Assembly: GCA_047619465.1 (NCBI GenBank)
Contig: JBLHJW010000002.1
Location: 1 to 42,638, forward strand
DNA length: 42,638 nt
Direction of reading: 5' to 3'
Source: Minisyncoccia bacterium
GTDB lineage: Bacteria > Patescibacteriota > Minisyncoccia > Phycocordibacterales > CSBR16-119
Shown here: piece after piece, positions 26,241-35,270 of the stretch
Numbering within the stretch: position 1 is the first letter of the stretch
How the letters are laid out: each line of letters starts with the position of its first letter
Made by a program: the position numbers and the translations under genes
The notes under the pieces: generated by a model
What the model was told of the DNA's origin: nothing
What the model saw: only the letters and a program-made list of their open reading frames with translations
Database searches by the model: none

Positions 26241-27908
26241 ATGTTACAAAAAGAAGCATTGCAAATACTCCAGACAGGAGCAAATATATTCCTCACTGGA
26301 GCTCCGGGGGCAGGGAAGACTTATGTTCTAAATCAGTACATTGAGTACCTCAAAGAACACGCTATTAATGTAGCGGTGACTGCTTCTACTGGTATTGCAG
26401 CGACTCATGTGGGTGGAGTTACTATTCACTCCTGGGCTGGTATAGGTATCAAGGATGACATGAGTCAGGAGGAGCTCGCTGGACTAGTAGAGAAGAAATA
26501 TCTTCACAAGCGTTTTCGAGATACCAAGGTTCTAGTCATAGATGAAATCTCCATGCTTGGTGGCGGAACACTGGATCTAGTGAACAAGGTCTGCAAGAAG
26601 TTTAAGAAAGACACACGGCCATTTGGAGGCTTGCAGGTGGTTCTAGTTGGTGACTTCTTCCAGCTTCCTCCTATTTCCAGGGGAGGAGAATCGGTCTTTG
26701 CCTTTTCTTCAAATACTTGGAAAGAGCTCGCACCTATTGTCTGCTATCTTGGTGAACAACACCGTCAGGAGGATGAGAAACTTCTTTCGCTACTATCTGC
26801 TATCCGTCAGGGTGATGGACTGGAGAATGGTGAAGTTCTGAAAGAGAGAATGGATGTAGAGTTCGAAGATGTTATCTCCGCCACAAAACTATACACTCAC
26901 AATGCTGATGTAGATTTAATAAATGCTCGTGAGCTAGAGAAACTCGAAACAGAAGAAGAAATATACCCCATGGAAACACGTGGACCAGTAACTCATGTTC
27001 AGAAACTTATCGACTCATGTCTATCTCCAGAAGCACTCCTTCTGAAGAAGGGTGCGATAGTTATGTGTACAAAGAATAACTTTGAAAGAGGATATGTAAA
27101 TGGAACCATGGGTGAGATTGTAGACTTCGATGCCAAGACTGGCGATCCAATAATAGTTACAAATGATGGAAGAGAGATTCTAATCTCTTCTGCTACCTGG
27201 GCTATTCAAGATGGAGAAAAGACTCTTGCAGAAGTAACACAGATTCCGCTTCGACTGGCTTGGGCTATCACAGTTCACAAGTCTCAGGGTATGTCGCTAG
27301 ACGCCGCAGAGATAGATCTCGGAAAAGCTTTCGAGTACGGTCAGGGGTACGTAGCGCTTTCTCGTGTGAGGTCTTTCGATGGATTGAAGCTTATAGGATT
27401 CAACTCTGATGCATTACTGATTCACCCTCTAGTTCTAGATGAAGACAAGCGATTCCGATCTAGGTCAACTCAAATAAAAGAGTATCTATCTAAGAAAACA
27501 GAAAAAGAACTAGACGCATCCAAAAAGACATTTATAGAAAACAGCGCCGGCTCAGTAGAGAAGGTAGACTGGAAAGCCGCAGAAGCTCTAGAGGAGAAAA
27601 TCCCATCCCACCACAGAACCCGGTCTTTGATCGAGGAAGGCAAGAAACTCGACGACATTGCCAAAGACCGTGAACTTACAAAAGAAACCGTACTCACTCA
27701 TATAGAAAAGCTCCTTACAGAAGGAACTATCACCCTGAACGATATTTCGTACATACGACCCCGAGGAAAGAAGTTCGCCGATGCACTAGCAGCATTCCAA
27801 GAAGTCTACAACGAAACCGGCGAACTCCACCTCTCCCCAGTAAAGAACAAAACAAAAAATACTTCGTATTATGATATACAGCTTGCCAGATTATTTTTAG
27901 ATAAATAA
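26241..27908 (+). CDS. Pif1/RecD-family SF1B DNA helicase with a C-terminal HTH domain
   Basis: Walker A GAPGAGKT, Walker B VLVIDEISM, GDFFQLPP, TVHKSQG, YVALSR. TGcTATAAT lies 6 nt before ATG 26241. Confidence 0.9.
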   Translation: MLQKEALQILQTGANIFLTGAPGAGKTYVLNQYIEYLKEHAINVAVTASTGIAATHVGGVTIHSWAGIGIKDDMSQEELAGLVEKKYLHKRFRDTKVLVIDEISMLGGGTLDLVNKVCKKFKKDTRPFGGLQVVLVGDFFQLPPISRGGESVFAFSSNTWKELAPIVCYLGEQHRQEDEKLLSLLSAIRQGDGLENGEVLKERMDVEFEDVISATKLYTHNADVDLINARELEKLETEEEIYPMETRGPVTHVQKLIDSCLSPEALLLKKGAIVMCTKNNFERGYVNGTMGEIVDFDAKTGDPIIVTNDGREILISSATWAIQDGEKTLAEVTQIPLRLAWAITVHKSQGMSLDAAEIDLGKAFEYGQGYVALSRVRSFDGLKLIGFNSDALLIHPLVLDEDKRFRSRSTQIKEYLSKKTEKELDASKKTFIENSAGSVEKVDWKAAEALEEKIPSHHRTRSLIEEGKKLDDIAKDRELTKETVLTHIEKLLTEGTITLNDISYIRPRGKKFADALAAFQEVYNETGELHLSPVKNKTKNTSYYDIQLARLFLDK

Positions 27909-27909
27909 A

Positions 27910-28467
27910 ATGAACCTATACGAATTTTTAGATAATACTTTTATTGGAACAATTCTTGCAACGCTTGGCGCTGGTATTATTTTAGCGAAAATTGGATATT
28001 ACTATTACAACAAACAAAAAAATATAGATCTGGAATATAAAGATACTCAATTAATACGAGAACTGACCTCAAATTTATTTTCTACTTTAGAGATTGCCGT
28101 AAAAGAATATATAACTTTCACGAATATTTATGATAAGAAGAATCCATCTGTTCACCAGATAATGGAACAGGTATGGGATGGGATTGGCAAAAATTTAAGA
28201 GATGAATATTCTAAGAAATTGAATAGCTGGAGCGATAAAATTACAGAATCTTCTAATGAATTAATTACAAAGCTGAATATAGAGAACGGTAAATATAGAA
28301 ATAAAATTGAGGATATATCTAGACTTACGCCTGAAGTTACAATTAGAATTGCGTCTCACATTTTAATAACAATGGAGTCACAAGATCAGAATCAAGAATT
28401 CAAAAATGAGTTAATTGATAAGGCTAAAGAACTTAAAGAAGTTCTTACTTCTCTGAGAAAAATATAA
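27910..28467 (+). CDS. Hypothetical membrane-anchored protein
   Basis: 185-aa ORF with an N-terminal TM helix. It starts 2 nt after the helicase stop. Confidence 0.6.
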   Translation: MNLYEFLDNTFIGTILATLGAGIILAKIGYYYYNKQKNIDLEYKDTQLIRELTSNLFSTLEIAVKEYITFTNIYDKKNPSVHQIMEQVWDGIGKNLRDEYSKKLNSWSDKITESSNELITKLNIENGKYRNKIEDISRLTPEVTIRIASHILITMESQDQNQEFKNELIDKAKELKEVLTSLRKI

Positions 28468-28576
28468 CTACTTTATAAACTTATGAAAATACCACTATTT
28501 ACAAAAGAAAGGGAGAGAGCTGGCTCTAGCGAAAAGTTGAGACTTTGGAAGAATATTTTAAATAGCTAAAAACAAA

Positions 28577-28603
28577 AAAGCCCACAAAAAATGTGAGCTT
28601 TTT
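28577..28603 (-). terminator. Terminator hairpin, better paired on the minus strand
   Basis: GCCCACA-AAAAA-TGTGAGC. The odd pair is G-U on the minus strand and C-A on the plus strand. Flanked by A and T runs. Confidence 0.55.
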
Positions 28604-28925
28604 AATTTGGAGAAAATCCAGTTTTGTTTATTTCTTTCTCAACTACAGCTGCATTGTTTATCTGTTTCCAGTTAAATACAGAGGTCTTGATCTTATTTTC
28701 TATCGCAGAGGATGTTTTCTCTGGGAGATCACAGTCGCTTATTTCATAAGTGACTTTAGCTCTCCATTTTTCGTCTAGTTCTCCTATTTTTATTATTTCA
28801 TCCACCGCCTCTAGCGCATGTTCTTTGCAAAAGATAGCTGTTGTACATACACCTCCTTCAAGAAAGAAATGACCGTGGTCAGACTCTCGAGAGCATTTTC
28901 TAAAACTAGGTTGTTCAAAACTCAT
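28602..28925 (-). CDS. Hypothetical Cys/His-containing small protein
   Basis: 107-aa ORF. Minus-strand TGtTATAAT at 28948-28956. Confidence 0.6.
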   Translation of the reverse strand: MSFEQPSFRKCSRESDHGHFFLEGGVCTTAIFCKEHALEAVDEIIKIGELDEKWRAKVTYEISDCDLPEKTSSAIENKIKTSVFNWKQINNAAVVEKEINKTGFSPN

Positions 28926-29042
28926 GATTGATAGTTTTGTTTATCTAATTATAACATGAGATCAATTGAGTTAAGAATTCACCATAGGCTCGGTGAAAAT
29001 AACGAAGGGAGATTTCAAATAATTATTTGAAAAATTCTTCGC

Positions 29043-29069
29043 AAAAAAACACAGAACAAGTCTGTGTTT
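29043..29069 (-). terminator. Rho-independent terminator of the metallophosphoesterase gene
   Basis: ACACAGA-ACAAG-TCTGTGT flanked by A7 and T5 runs. Confidence 0.8.
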
Positions 29070-30233
29070 TTATTTTGTATGGAGAACCACTATCTCTGCA
29101 TCGGTTCCTACTCTTGCCGGGGAGACTGCTGTTCCAACTCCTGTAGTTGTGTAGTAGGACCCAAGAGCGTCTTTGACTAGTCCAGATATTTTTTCCTTGT
29201 ACAGAATCTTTACCATTAGAGTTCCTGGGAAGAACTGACCTCCATGAGTGTGGCCAGACACTGTAAGCGGTATACCGGAAGCGCCGAGGACAGCTCTGTT
29301 TTTCGGATCATGAAGAATCGCTATGGCTGGTGTTTTAGATCCTATTACACTGTTCACTCTTTGAGAAAAAACTTCATCGGATTCTATTGCGTAGTCAAAT
29401 CCTGAAACATACTCAGAAGTACCAGGAATCTGCACTAAGTCATCCGTCACTACTGTGATGTTATCGGGTAGGCCTTTGTAGAATAGTTCATTTTCTTCGT
29501 TGTATGCTTCGTGGTTTCCAGGAGTGAAGTAAACACCAAGTGGGGCAGAGACACTTTTTAAAGGAGAGAGGAATTCCTCGTATGGGAACTTTGGTCCATC
29601 GATCAAGTCTCCAGCGATGAGTACCATGTCTGGATTCTGTTCCATGATCTTTCTAGAAACTTTCTCCACGAAGTTCTTCTTCCGAACAAGTCCTATATGC
29701 AGGTCGGAAACAAGAACGATATTTATTCCAGTAAGTTCTTTTCCTAGAGTTTCTGCTCCAAGTGATACAGTCTTTATCTTTATATTTGAAGCATTTATGA
29801 TCCCATATCCTGCAAACATTACGGTGCATAGTATTACAGCATATCCAGCATATGAAAATGGTATCTGGAAGCCTGACTTGCTCAGTATTGTATATAGCGC
29901 CCATAGAATAACTGTACTGAAAAAGAAACCAGAGATTATAACAATCCAGCTGCTAGACACAGTATAAATAACAGAGTTCAGGCTACTCCAACTTTTGCTA
30001 CTAACCATCATGCTAGCGGCCATAATAATCGGCATTAGTATAGAGACTCCGTAGAGTACTCGAGAGACAAGCTTACTGATAGCCCCCGAGGCAACAAGGA
30101 ATCTGATTCCTGTGTAGGCTCCCACCCAAAGAAGGCCTAAGAAAAATAATATAAAAAATGCAAACATGATATTTCTGTCCATATCTATGCATGATAACAC
30201 GTGTTTATGTTTATTTATCAAGGGTGTTGACAT
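29070..30233 (-). CDS. Membrane-bound metallophosphoesterase (calcineurin-like)
   Basis: VSDLHIG, GDLIDG, GNHE and GHTHGG motifs after about five TM helices. An alternative leaderless-type start is at 30182 (M18), 8 nt after TGtTATCAT. Confidence 0.85.
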   Translation of the reverse strand: MSTPLINKHKHVLSCIDMDRNIMFAFFILFFLGLLWVGAYTGIRFLVASGAISKLVSRVLYGVSILMPIIMAASMMVSSKSWSSLNSVIYTVSSSWIVIISGFFFSTVILWALYTILSKSGFQIPFSYAGYAVILCTVMFAGYGIINASNIKIKTVSLGAETLGKELTGINIVLVSDLHIGLVRKKNFVEKVSRKIMEQNPDMVLIAGDLIDGPKFPYEEFLSPLKSVSAPLGVYFTPGNHEAYNEENELFYKGLPDNITVVTDDLVQIPGTSEYVSGFDYAIESDEVFSQRVNSVIGSKTPAIAILHDPKNRAVLGASGIPLTVSGHTHGGQFFPGTLMVKILYKEKISGLVKDALGSYYTTTGVGTAVSPARVGTDAEIVVLHTK

Positions 30234-30279
30234 TGTATTCTTTTAATAATTAAATATAGAAAAGATAAAATTAGGAAAT

Positions 30280-30501
30280 ATGGCAGCATTAAAAGATAAA
30301 GTAGTGATTAGGGGTTCTGCTCCTGTCCTTCCAGAGAAGAAATGTACCAAGCCAGGATGTGACGGTTTGATGAAGCATGTTTACTTTGATGGCGAGGTTA
30401 AAGACGAGTTCACTAACAATATTAGACCAGGTACGGAGATTAAAGAGGCTTGTCCTCTTTGTCTAGAAAAAAGAGGAATAATAATAAAGCAAAAGGCCTG
30501 A
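30280..30501 (+). CDS. Small zinc-ribbon protein
   Basis: 73-aa ORF with CTKPGC...CPLC. The stop lies within the terminator stem. Confidence 0.6.
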   Translation: MAALKDKVVIRGSAPVLPEKKCTKPGCDGLMKHVYFDGEVKDEFTNNIRPGTEIKEACPLCLEKRGIIIKQKA

Positions 30502-30521
30502 CAATTGTCAGGCCTTTTTTG
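30491..30521 (+). terminator. Rho-independent terminator
   Basis: GGCCTGACAA/TTGTCAGGCC perfect 20-nt palindrome followed by TTTTTT. Confidence 0.85.
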
Positions 30522-30747
30522 TTTCTCTATTACTTATTGATTTTTTAAAAAAAAGATAGTATGAAAGAAAAACTTCAAATGGTGGCAAAATCAAATTCTG
30601 GCCTATTGGCCAAACTAACTCCAGTTCCAGGAAAGAAATGACTAAAGGAATGAAAGCCTATAATCAAGGTGTTAATTTAAGAAGAATAACTTATCAACGC
30701 ATGGCAATGTTAAGCAAAAAGAATATAAGAGGAATTCAAGTAGACTA

Positions 30748-30772
30748 AAGACCGCCTTTCGGTGGTCTTTTT
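30748..30772. terminator. Convergent terminator, better paired on the plus strand
   Basis: GACCGCC-TTTC-GGTGGTC (G-U on the plus strand) flanked by AAA and TTTTT. Confidence 0.75.
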
Positions 30773-30774
30773 AT

Positions 30775-31311
30775 TTATTCCATCCCAAACTGCTTGAAGA
30801 GTTCCTCCTCAGTTTCTGGGTCCAACTTAGATACAGACACCATAACCTCGGTTCCTAGACTGAGGTCTTTTTTTATTTCTGCGAACATGTGCTCGAGTGG
30901 GTAGGGTGAAATCCATACAGAGTTCTTGAGTAGCAAGAAACCAGCTTTCTTTAGAAGGTATCGGAAGCTTTCTCTTTCTGCTTTTCTATCTTCTGGAATA
31001 TCCACTAGTATCATCCGCCAAAAACCGTCCCAAGATGTTGAGACTAGACTGTTTGAGTTAGTTAATTTTATGTTACGGAGCTTTGCTTGGCCTTCTGGTG
31101 TGAGTCGGAGAAAGCTAGAGTGCTCAGTGTCGAACTGCTCGACTAAATCTGTATCCTTCAAGGCTTTGAGTGTCCTGTTTAGGGCGTATTTTGCCTTTGT
31201 ATCGTCTGTATACTCTTCAAATAGCTCAGAGTGCAGATCACGCTTTTTGAGTGATTTTCGGGCCCCCAGAGCTCGGAGGATATACTCTTGAATTGACTTT
31301 TTCTTTGACAT
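30775..31311 (-). CDS. PaaX-family-like transcriptional regulator
   Basis: N-terminal wHTH. WDGFWRMILVDIPEDRKAERESFRYLLKKAGFLLLKNSVWISPYP matches the PaaX C-domain pattern. The start is set at M14 because TTGTCA-17-TACTAT lies 6 nt upstream. Confidence 0.75.
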   Translation of the reverse strand: MSKKKSIQEYILRALGARKSLKKRDLHSELFEEYTDDTKAKYALNRTLKALKDTDLVEQFDTEHSSFLRLTPEGQAKLRNIKLTNSNSLVSTSWDGFWRMILVDIPEDRKAERESFRYLLKKAGFLLLKNSVWISPYPLEHMFAEIKKDLSLGTEVMVSVSKLDPETEEELFKQFGME

Positions 31312-31317
31312 ATTCAT

Positions 31318-31346
31318 ATAGTAACACTCTATACTCTTTTTGACAA
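31318..31346 (-). promoter_or_regulatory. Promoter TTGTCA-17-TACTAT (minus strand), leaderless type
   Basis: Plus-strand tgacaa at 31341-31346 and atagta at 31318-31323. The ATG is at 31311. Confidence 0.55.
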
Positions 31347-31368
31347 TCATTCTGCGACCACAGAAAAC

Positions 31369-31397
31369 TTGTCAAAAATGTAAACCTGGTGTAGTAT
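31369..31397 (+). promoter_or_regulatory. Promoter TTGTCA-17-TAGTAT for grpE-dnaK-dnaJ
   Basis: TTGTCA at 31369-31374 and TAGTAT at 31392-31397. No CIRCE inverted repeat is present. Confidence 0.55.
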
Positions 31398-31438
31398 AAA
31401 GGAACTTAATCGCATTAATAATATTCAACTAAATTACT

Positions 31439-32044
31439 ATGCCTGACGAAGAAAACAACAACGATATTGAGCAAGAAATTGCTAAAGAGGAAGCAGTAAT
31501 GGATCAGGAAGCGGATGTTTCTGACTTTGAATTTGACGACACAGAAGGTGTTTCTGGGGACAAAATAAAACAACTTAAACAAGAGGTAAAAGATCTCAAG
31601 GAAAAAGTTCGAGAGAACCTGGATGGTTGGCAAAGAGAAAGAGCTGACTTTATAAACTATAAAAAAAGTGAAAATGACAGAGGAATCCGAATGCGTGGAA
31701 TGCTCGAGGAAGCGATCACGACAGAATTCCTAGCCACACTCGACAATTTCGACATGGCAATGAGCAATAAAGAAGTTTGGGAGAGTATCGATGAGAACTG
31801 GAGAATTGGAGTGGAACATATTTACAAACAATTCAGCGGGACACTCGAAGGGTATGGAATGAAAGAGTTAGAAGTCAAAGTCGGAGACAAGTTTGATCCA
31901 GAAAGACACATGGGATTGAATCAAGTTGAGACTGATGACTCAAGTCTAGATGAAACTATTGCAAAGGTGATACAGAGAGGATACGAGATGAAAGATACTA
32001 TCCTGCGACCAGCAAAAGTAGAGGTTTATAAATTACAAAACTAA
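31439..32044 (+). CDS. grpE: Nucleotide exchange factor GrpE
   Basis: GrpE coiled coil plus C-terminal beta domain (FDPERHMG..., [18 protein letters not shown]). Confidence 0.95.
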   Translation: MPDEENNNDIEQEIAKEEAVMDQEADVSDFEFDDTEGVSGDKIKQLKQEVKDLKEKVRENLDGWQRERADFINYKKSENDRGIRMRGMLEEAITTEFLATLDNFDMAMSNKEVWESIDENWRIGVEHIYKQFSGTLEGYGMKELEVKVGDKFDPERHMGLNQVETDDSSLDETIAKVIQRGYEMKDTILRPAKVEVYKLQN

Positions 32045-32061
32045 TTAATCAAAAAAATACT

Positions 32062-34005
32062 ATGGGAAAAATAATTGGAATTGATCTAGGAACTACAAAC
32101 TCAGCCTTCGCTCATATTGAGGGAGGACAACCAGTAATTATAGAAAACAAAGAAGGAGCACGAACAACTCCATCTGTTGTAGCTATCAACAAGTCAGGCG
32201 AGAGACTTGCCGGACTTGTAGCACGACGACAAGCTGTAACAAACCCAGAGAACACTATCTACGGTGTGAAGAGACTTATGGGTCATCGATTTGATGATGA
32301 GATTGTTGGGAAGGAGCAGAAGATCGTTGCATATGATATTCAGAAAGGAGGATCAGGTGGTGTAGAGGTTAAACTTGGAGACAAGAACTACCGACCAGAA
32401 GAAGTATCAGCCATGATTCTAGGAAAGATCAAGGCAGACGCCGAAGCAAAGCTAGGTGTACCTGTTACAGAAGCTGTTATTACAGTACCTGCCTACTTTG
32501 ATGATGCGCAACGACAAGCAACAAAAGACGCCGGACAGATTGCTGGACTAGAGGTAAAGAGAATCATTAACGAGCCTACAGCAGCAGCTCTAGCGTATGG
32601 TTTTAATAAAAAGAAAGATGAGACAGTAGTTGTCTTTGACTTCGGTGGAGGAACATTTGATGTGTCTGTACTTGAAGTTTCAGAAGATACTATAGAGGTA
32701 AAGTCTACAGATGGAGACTCGCACATGGGAGGACGAGATATCGACCAAGCTATCATAAACTGGATCGCAGAAGGATTTATGAGCGAGCAAGGAATTGACC
32801 TGAGAAATGACACTCTATCTCTACAGCGACTAGATGAAGCCGCAGAGAAGGCAAAACATGAGCTATCTGCCACATCAGAAACAGAAATAAATATTCCATT
32901 TGTTACTTCAGATGCATCAGGACCAAAGCACTTGGTAATGAAAATGACTCGAGCAACTCTAGAAGAGCTTGCTAAGCCATTTATTGAGAAGTCTATCGAG
33001 ATCACAAAGCGAGCAGTAGAAGCCAGCCCATTCAGTGTTTCTGAAATCAAAGAAATTATTCTTGTAGGAGGACAGACTCGTATGCCAGCTATTATCGAAG
33101 CGGTAAAATCACTATTCGGTAAAGAGCCAAACAAGTCTATTAACCCAGACGAAGTAGTAGCACTTGGTGCGGCTATTCAAGGAGGAGTTCTACAGGGAGA
33201 TGTACAAGACGTACTTCTACTAGATGTTATTCCTCTATCACTTGGAATCGAAACTCTTGGTGGAGTTGCTACAAAACTTATCGAACGAAACACAACTATC
33301 CCAGCTACAAAGTCACAAGTATTCTCTACAGCAGCTGACAACCAGACTTCTACAGAGATTCATATTGTTCAGGGAGAGCGACCAATGTCTACAGACAACA
33401 AATCACTCGGACGATTTGTATTGGAAGGAATTCCACCTGCAGGGCGAGGAGTTCCACAGATTGAAGTTTCATTTGATGTTGATGCAAATGGTATCCTAAA
33501 TGTAAAAGCAAAAGACAATACTTCAGGTAAGGAGCAATCAATCCGCATCGAAGCTTCTTCAGGACTTACTGATGAAGATATTGAGAAAATGAAAAAAGAC
33601 GCCGAGCTACATGCCGACGAAGATAAGAAAAAGAAAGAAGTAGCAGATATTAAAAATACTGCCGAGATGACAGTCTTTGCCGCAGAAAAAGCTATCGTGG
33701 ATGCGGGAGAGGATGCACCAGAAGATGTTAAGAAAGGAATCCAAGACAAGGTTGACGCTCTAAAGAAAGTAAAAGAGCTTCCAGATGGAAATCATGACGA
33801 CATCAAGAAGGCTACAGATGAGCTAAGTACTGAAATGCAAAAGATCCACGAGCACATGGAAAAGAAGGCAGAAGCAGCTAACGCAGCACAAGCTGATGCA
33901 GGTGCAAAGCCAGAAGGAGAAGCAGCTCAAGAAGCTGAAGTTGTGGATGAAGATAAAGAGGACAACAAGGAAGAAGGTGAATCAAAAGAGGGGGATAAAG
34001 AATAA
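32062..34005 (+). CDS. dnaK: Molecular chaperone DnaK (Hsp70)
   Basis: [28 protein letters not shown] and other Hsp70 signatures. Confidence 0.98.
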   Translation: MGKIIGIDLGTTNSAFAHIEGGQPVIIENKEGARTTPSVVAINKSGERLAGLVARRQAVTNPENTIYGVKRLMGHRFDDEIVGKEQKIVAYDIQKGGSGGVEVKLGDKNYRPEEVSAMILGKIKADAEAKLGVPVTEAVITVPAYFDDAQRQATKDAGQIAGLEVKRIINEPTAAALAYGFNKKKDETVVVFDFGGGTFDVSVLEVSEDTIEVKSTDGDSHMGGRDIDQAIINWIAEGFMSEQGIDLRNDTLSLQRLDEAAEKAKHELSATSETEINIPFVTSDASGPKHLVMKMTRATLEELAKPFIEKSIEITKRAVEASPFSVSEIKEIILVGGQTRMPAIIEAVKSLFGKEPNKSINPDEVVALGAAIQGGVLQGDVQDVLLLDVIPLSLGIETLGGVATKLIERNTTIPATKSQVFSTAADNQTSTEIHIVQGERPMSTDNKSLGRFVLEGIPPAGRGVPQIEVSFDVDANGILNVKAKDNTSGKEQSIRIEASSGLTDEDIEKMKKDAELHADEDKKKKEVADIKNTAEMTVFAAEKAIVDAGEDAPEDVKKGIQDKVDALKKVKELPDGNHDDIKKATDELSTEMQKIHEHMEKKAEAANAAQADAGAKPEGEAAQEAEVVDEDKEDNKEEGESKEGDKE

Positions 34006-34025
34006 AAATAGTCTATACTTATCAA

Positions 34026-34913
34026 ATGTCAAAAGACCACTACAAAACACTTGGGGTAGATAAGGGGGCGTCAAAAGACGAAATCAAAAAAGCATTTCGA
34101 AAGGAGGCGCACAAGTATCATCCAGATAAAAAAGGAGGAGACGAAGCCAAGTTTAAAGAAGCGAACGAAGCCTATCAGACTCTCTCAGACGAACAAAAAC
34201 GGGCTCAGTATGACCGGTTTGGTTCGGCGGGTCCACAAGGTTTCGGAGGTGGTGGAGGTGGCCAGCAAGGGTTCGGCGGATTTGATTTCTCTGGATTCCA
34301 ACAAGGGCAAGGACAAGGACAGGGTGGAGTTGAATTTGATATGGGAGATATATTTGGTCAGATGTTTGGTGGAGGATTTCAGAGACAACGTCGAGGGCGA
34401 AATATTGCTCTTCATATGAGACTAACTTTCAAGGAGTCTATTCTCGGAACAAAGAAGAAAATCAATCTACCTAGCCAAAGCTCAGAACACTCCAAGGGTG
34501 CAGTTGAAGTAGACATTCCAGCTGGGATTGAAAACGGTCAACAGCTGAAGCTTCAAGGGTATGGCGAAGCAGTAGAGGGAGGAAACCCTGGAGATCTATA
34601 CTTACAGTTTGAGGTTACCCCACATCCAAAACTTCGCAGAGAGGGTGTCCACTTGGTTACAGATCTATATATTAAGCTTACAGACGCTCTACTTGGAGGA
34701 AAGGAAAGCGTTCCAACTGTGAACGGAACAACCAAAATTAAAATTCCACAAGGAATAGTTCATGGCACAGTACTTCGTGTAAGCGGAGAAGGTGTGCAGG
34801 GTGGAATGTTTAGCAAGGGTGATTTACTTGTAAGAGTGCTAGTAGAGATGCCAGAGAAGCTATCTAAGAGTCAGAAGAAGTTGATTGAAGAGTTAAAGGA
34901 CATGGGAATATAA
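34026..34913 (+). CDS. dnaJ: J-domain co-chaperone lacking the Cys-rich zinc-finger domain (class B / CbpA-like architecture)
   Basis: J domain with HPD, G/F-rich linker and C-terminal beta domains. The 295-aa product has no cysteine. Confidence 0.9.
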   Translation: MSKDHYKTLGVDKGASKDEIKKAFRKEAHKYHPDKKGGDEAKFKEANEAYQTLSDEQKRAQYDRFGSAGPQGFGGGGGGQQGFGGFDFSGFQQGQGQGQGGVEFDMGDIFGQMFGGGFQRQRRGRNIALHMRLTFKESILGTKKKINLPSQSSEHSKGAVEVDIPAGIENGQQLKLQGYGEAVEGGNPGDLYLQFEVTPHPKLRREGVHLVTDLYIKLTDALLGGKESVPTVNGTTKIKIPQGIVHGTVLRVSGEGVQGGMFSKGDLLVRVLVEMPEKLSKSQKKLIEELKDMGI

Positions 34914-34936
34914 TATTCCAATTTTAATTATAAAAG

Positions 34937-34967
34937 AAAAAAGCAGCCACAATGGCTGCTTTTTTTT
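34937..34967. terminator. Bidirectional terminator
   Basis: AGCAGCCA-CAA-TGGCTGCT flanked by an A-run and T8. Confidence 0.85.
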
Positions 34968-35190
34968 ATTTGTCTATACTTCTGGCTTTAAATAACATTA
35001 TGAGTCCTATTATTAAAAAAACAGTGACCCATCCTACTGTTATCCAAAATATTATTGGTTCGTTATTGTATAAGAGTACTGCCTGCTGATACTCTTTATA
35101 TATCCCAAACGGGAGCAATACAAAAATGCAAAACAGAACTAATAACGCCAAACTAGTATTATCCTTATAAAAACTCTTAAGCTCTTCCAT
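34966..35190 (-). CDS. Small two-TM membrane protein
   Basis: 74-aa ORF with two hydrophobic helices. Minus-strand TTGACA-17-TTAATA lies upstream. Confidence 0.55.
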   Translation of the reverse strand: MEELKSFYKDNTSLALLVLFCIFVLLPFGIYKEYQQAVLLYNNEPIIFWITVGWVTVFLIIGLIMLFKARSIDK

Positions 35191-35270
35191 ACTGATATTT
35201 ATTGTTTATTTTATTAAAGCATATTTAAACAACTTGTCAATCTATATGAGAATTATGTTATTCTAAACAT

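Noticed and set aside
28483-28569. 28-aa ORF (MKIPLFTKERERAGSSEKLRLWKNILNS) between 27910-28467 and the 28577 hairpin.
   Set aside because: It has no SD or -10 box at an appropriate distance. The adjacent hairpin pairs better on the minus strand. It is too short to support without conservation data.
30499-30501. Possibility of a recoded genetic code (UGA = Gly or Trp, as in some CPR and Mycoplasma lineages).
   Set aside because: TGA stops at 30499, 38973 and 23698 coincide with terminator stems or gene ends, and conserved genes read through without in-frame TGA. The standard code fits.
31351-31438. Looked for a CIRCE element (TTAGCACTC-N9-GAGTGCTAA) upstream of grpE.
   Set aside because: It is not present. 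Only the -35-centred inverted repeat reported in the findings was seen.
32493-33134. 213-aa antisense ORF inside dnaK, and similar antisense or alternate-frame ORFs such as 2889-3296, 10141-10503, 14697-15068, 22441-22848, 22892-23287, 29617-29967, 30926-31291 and 40757-41089.
   Set aside because: They lie fully within strongly supported genes on the opposite strand or in another frame. They have low-complexity, Ser/Cys-rich translations and no promoter or terminator of their own.
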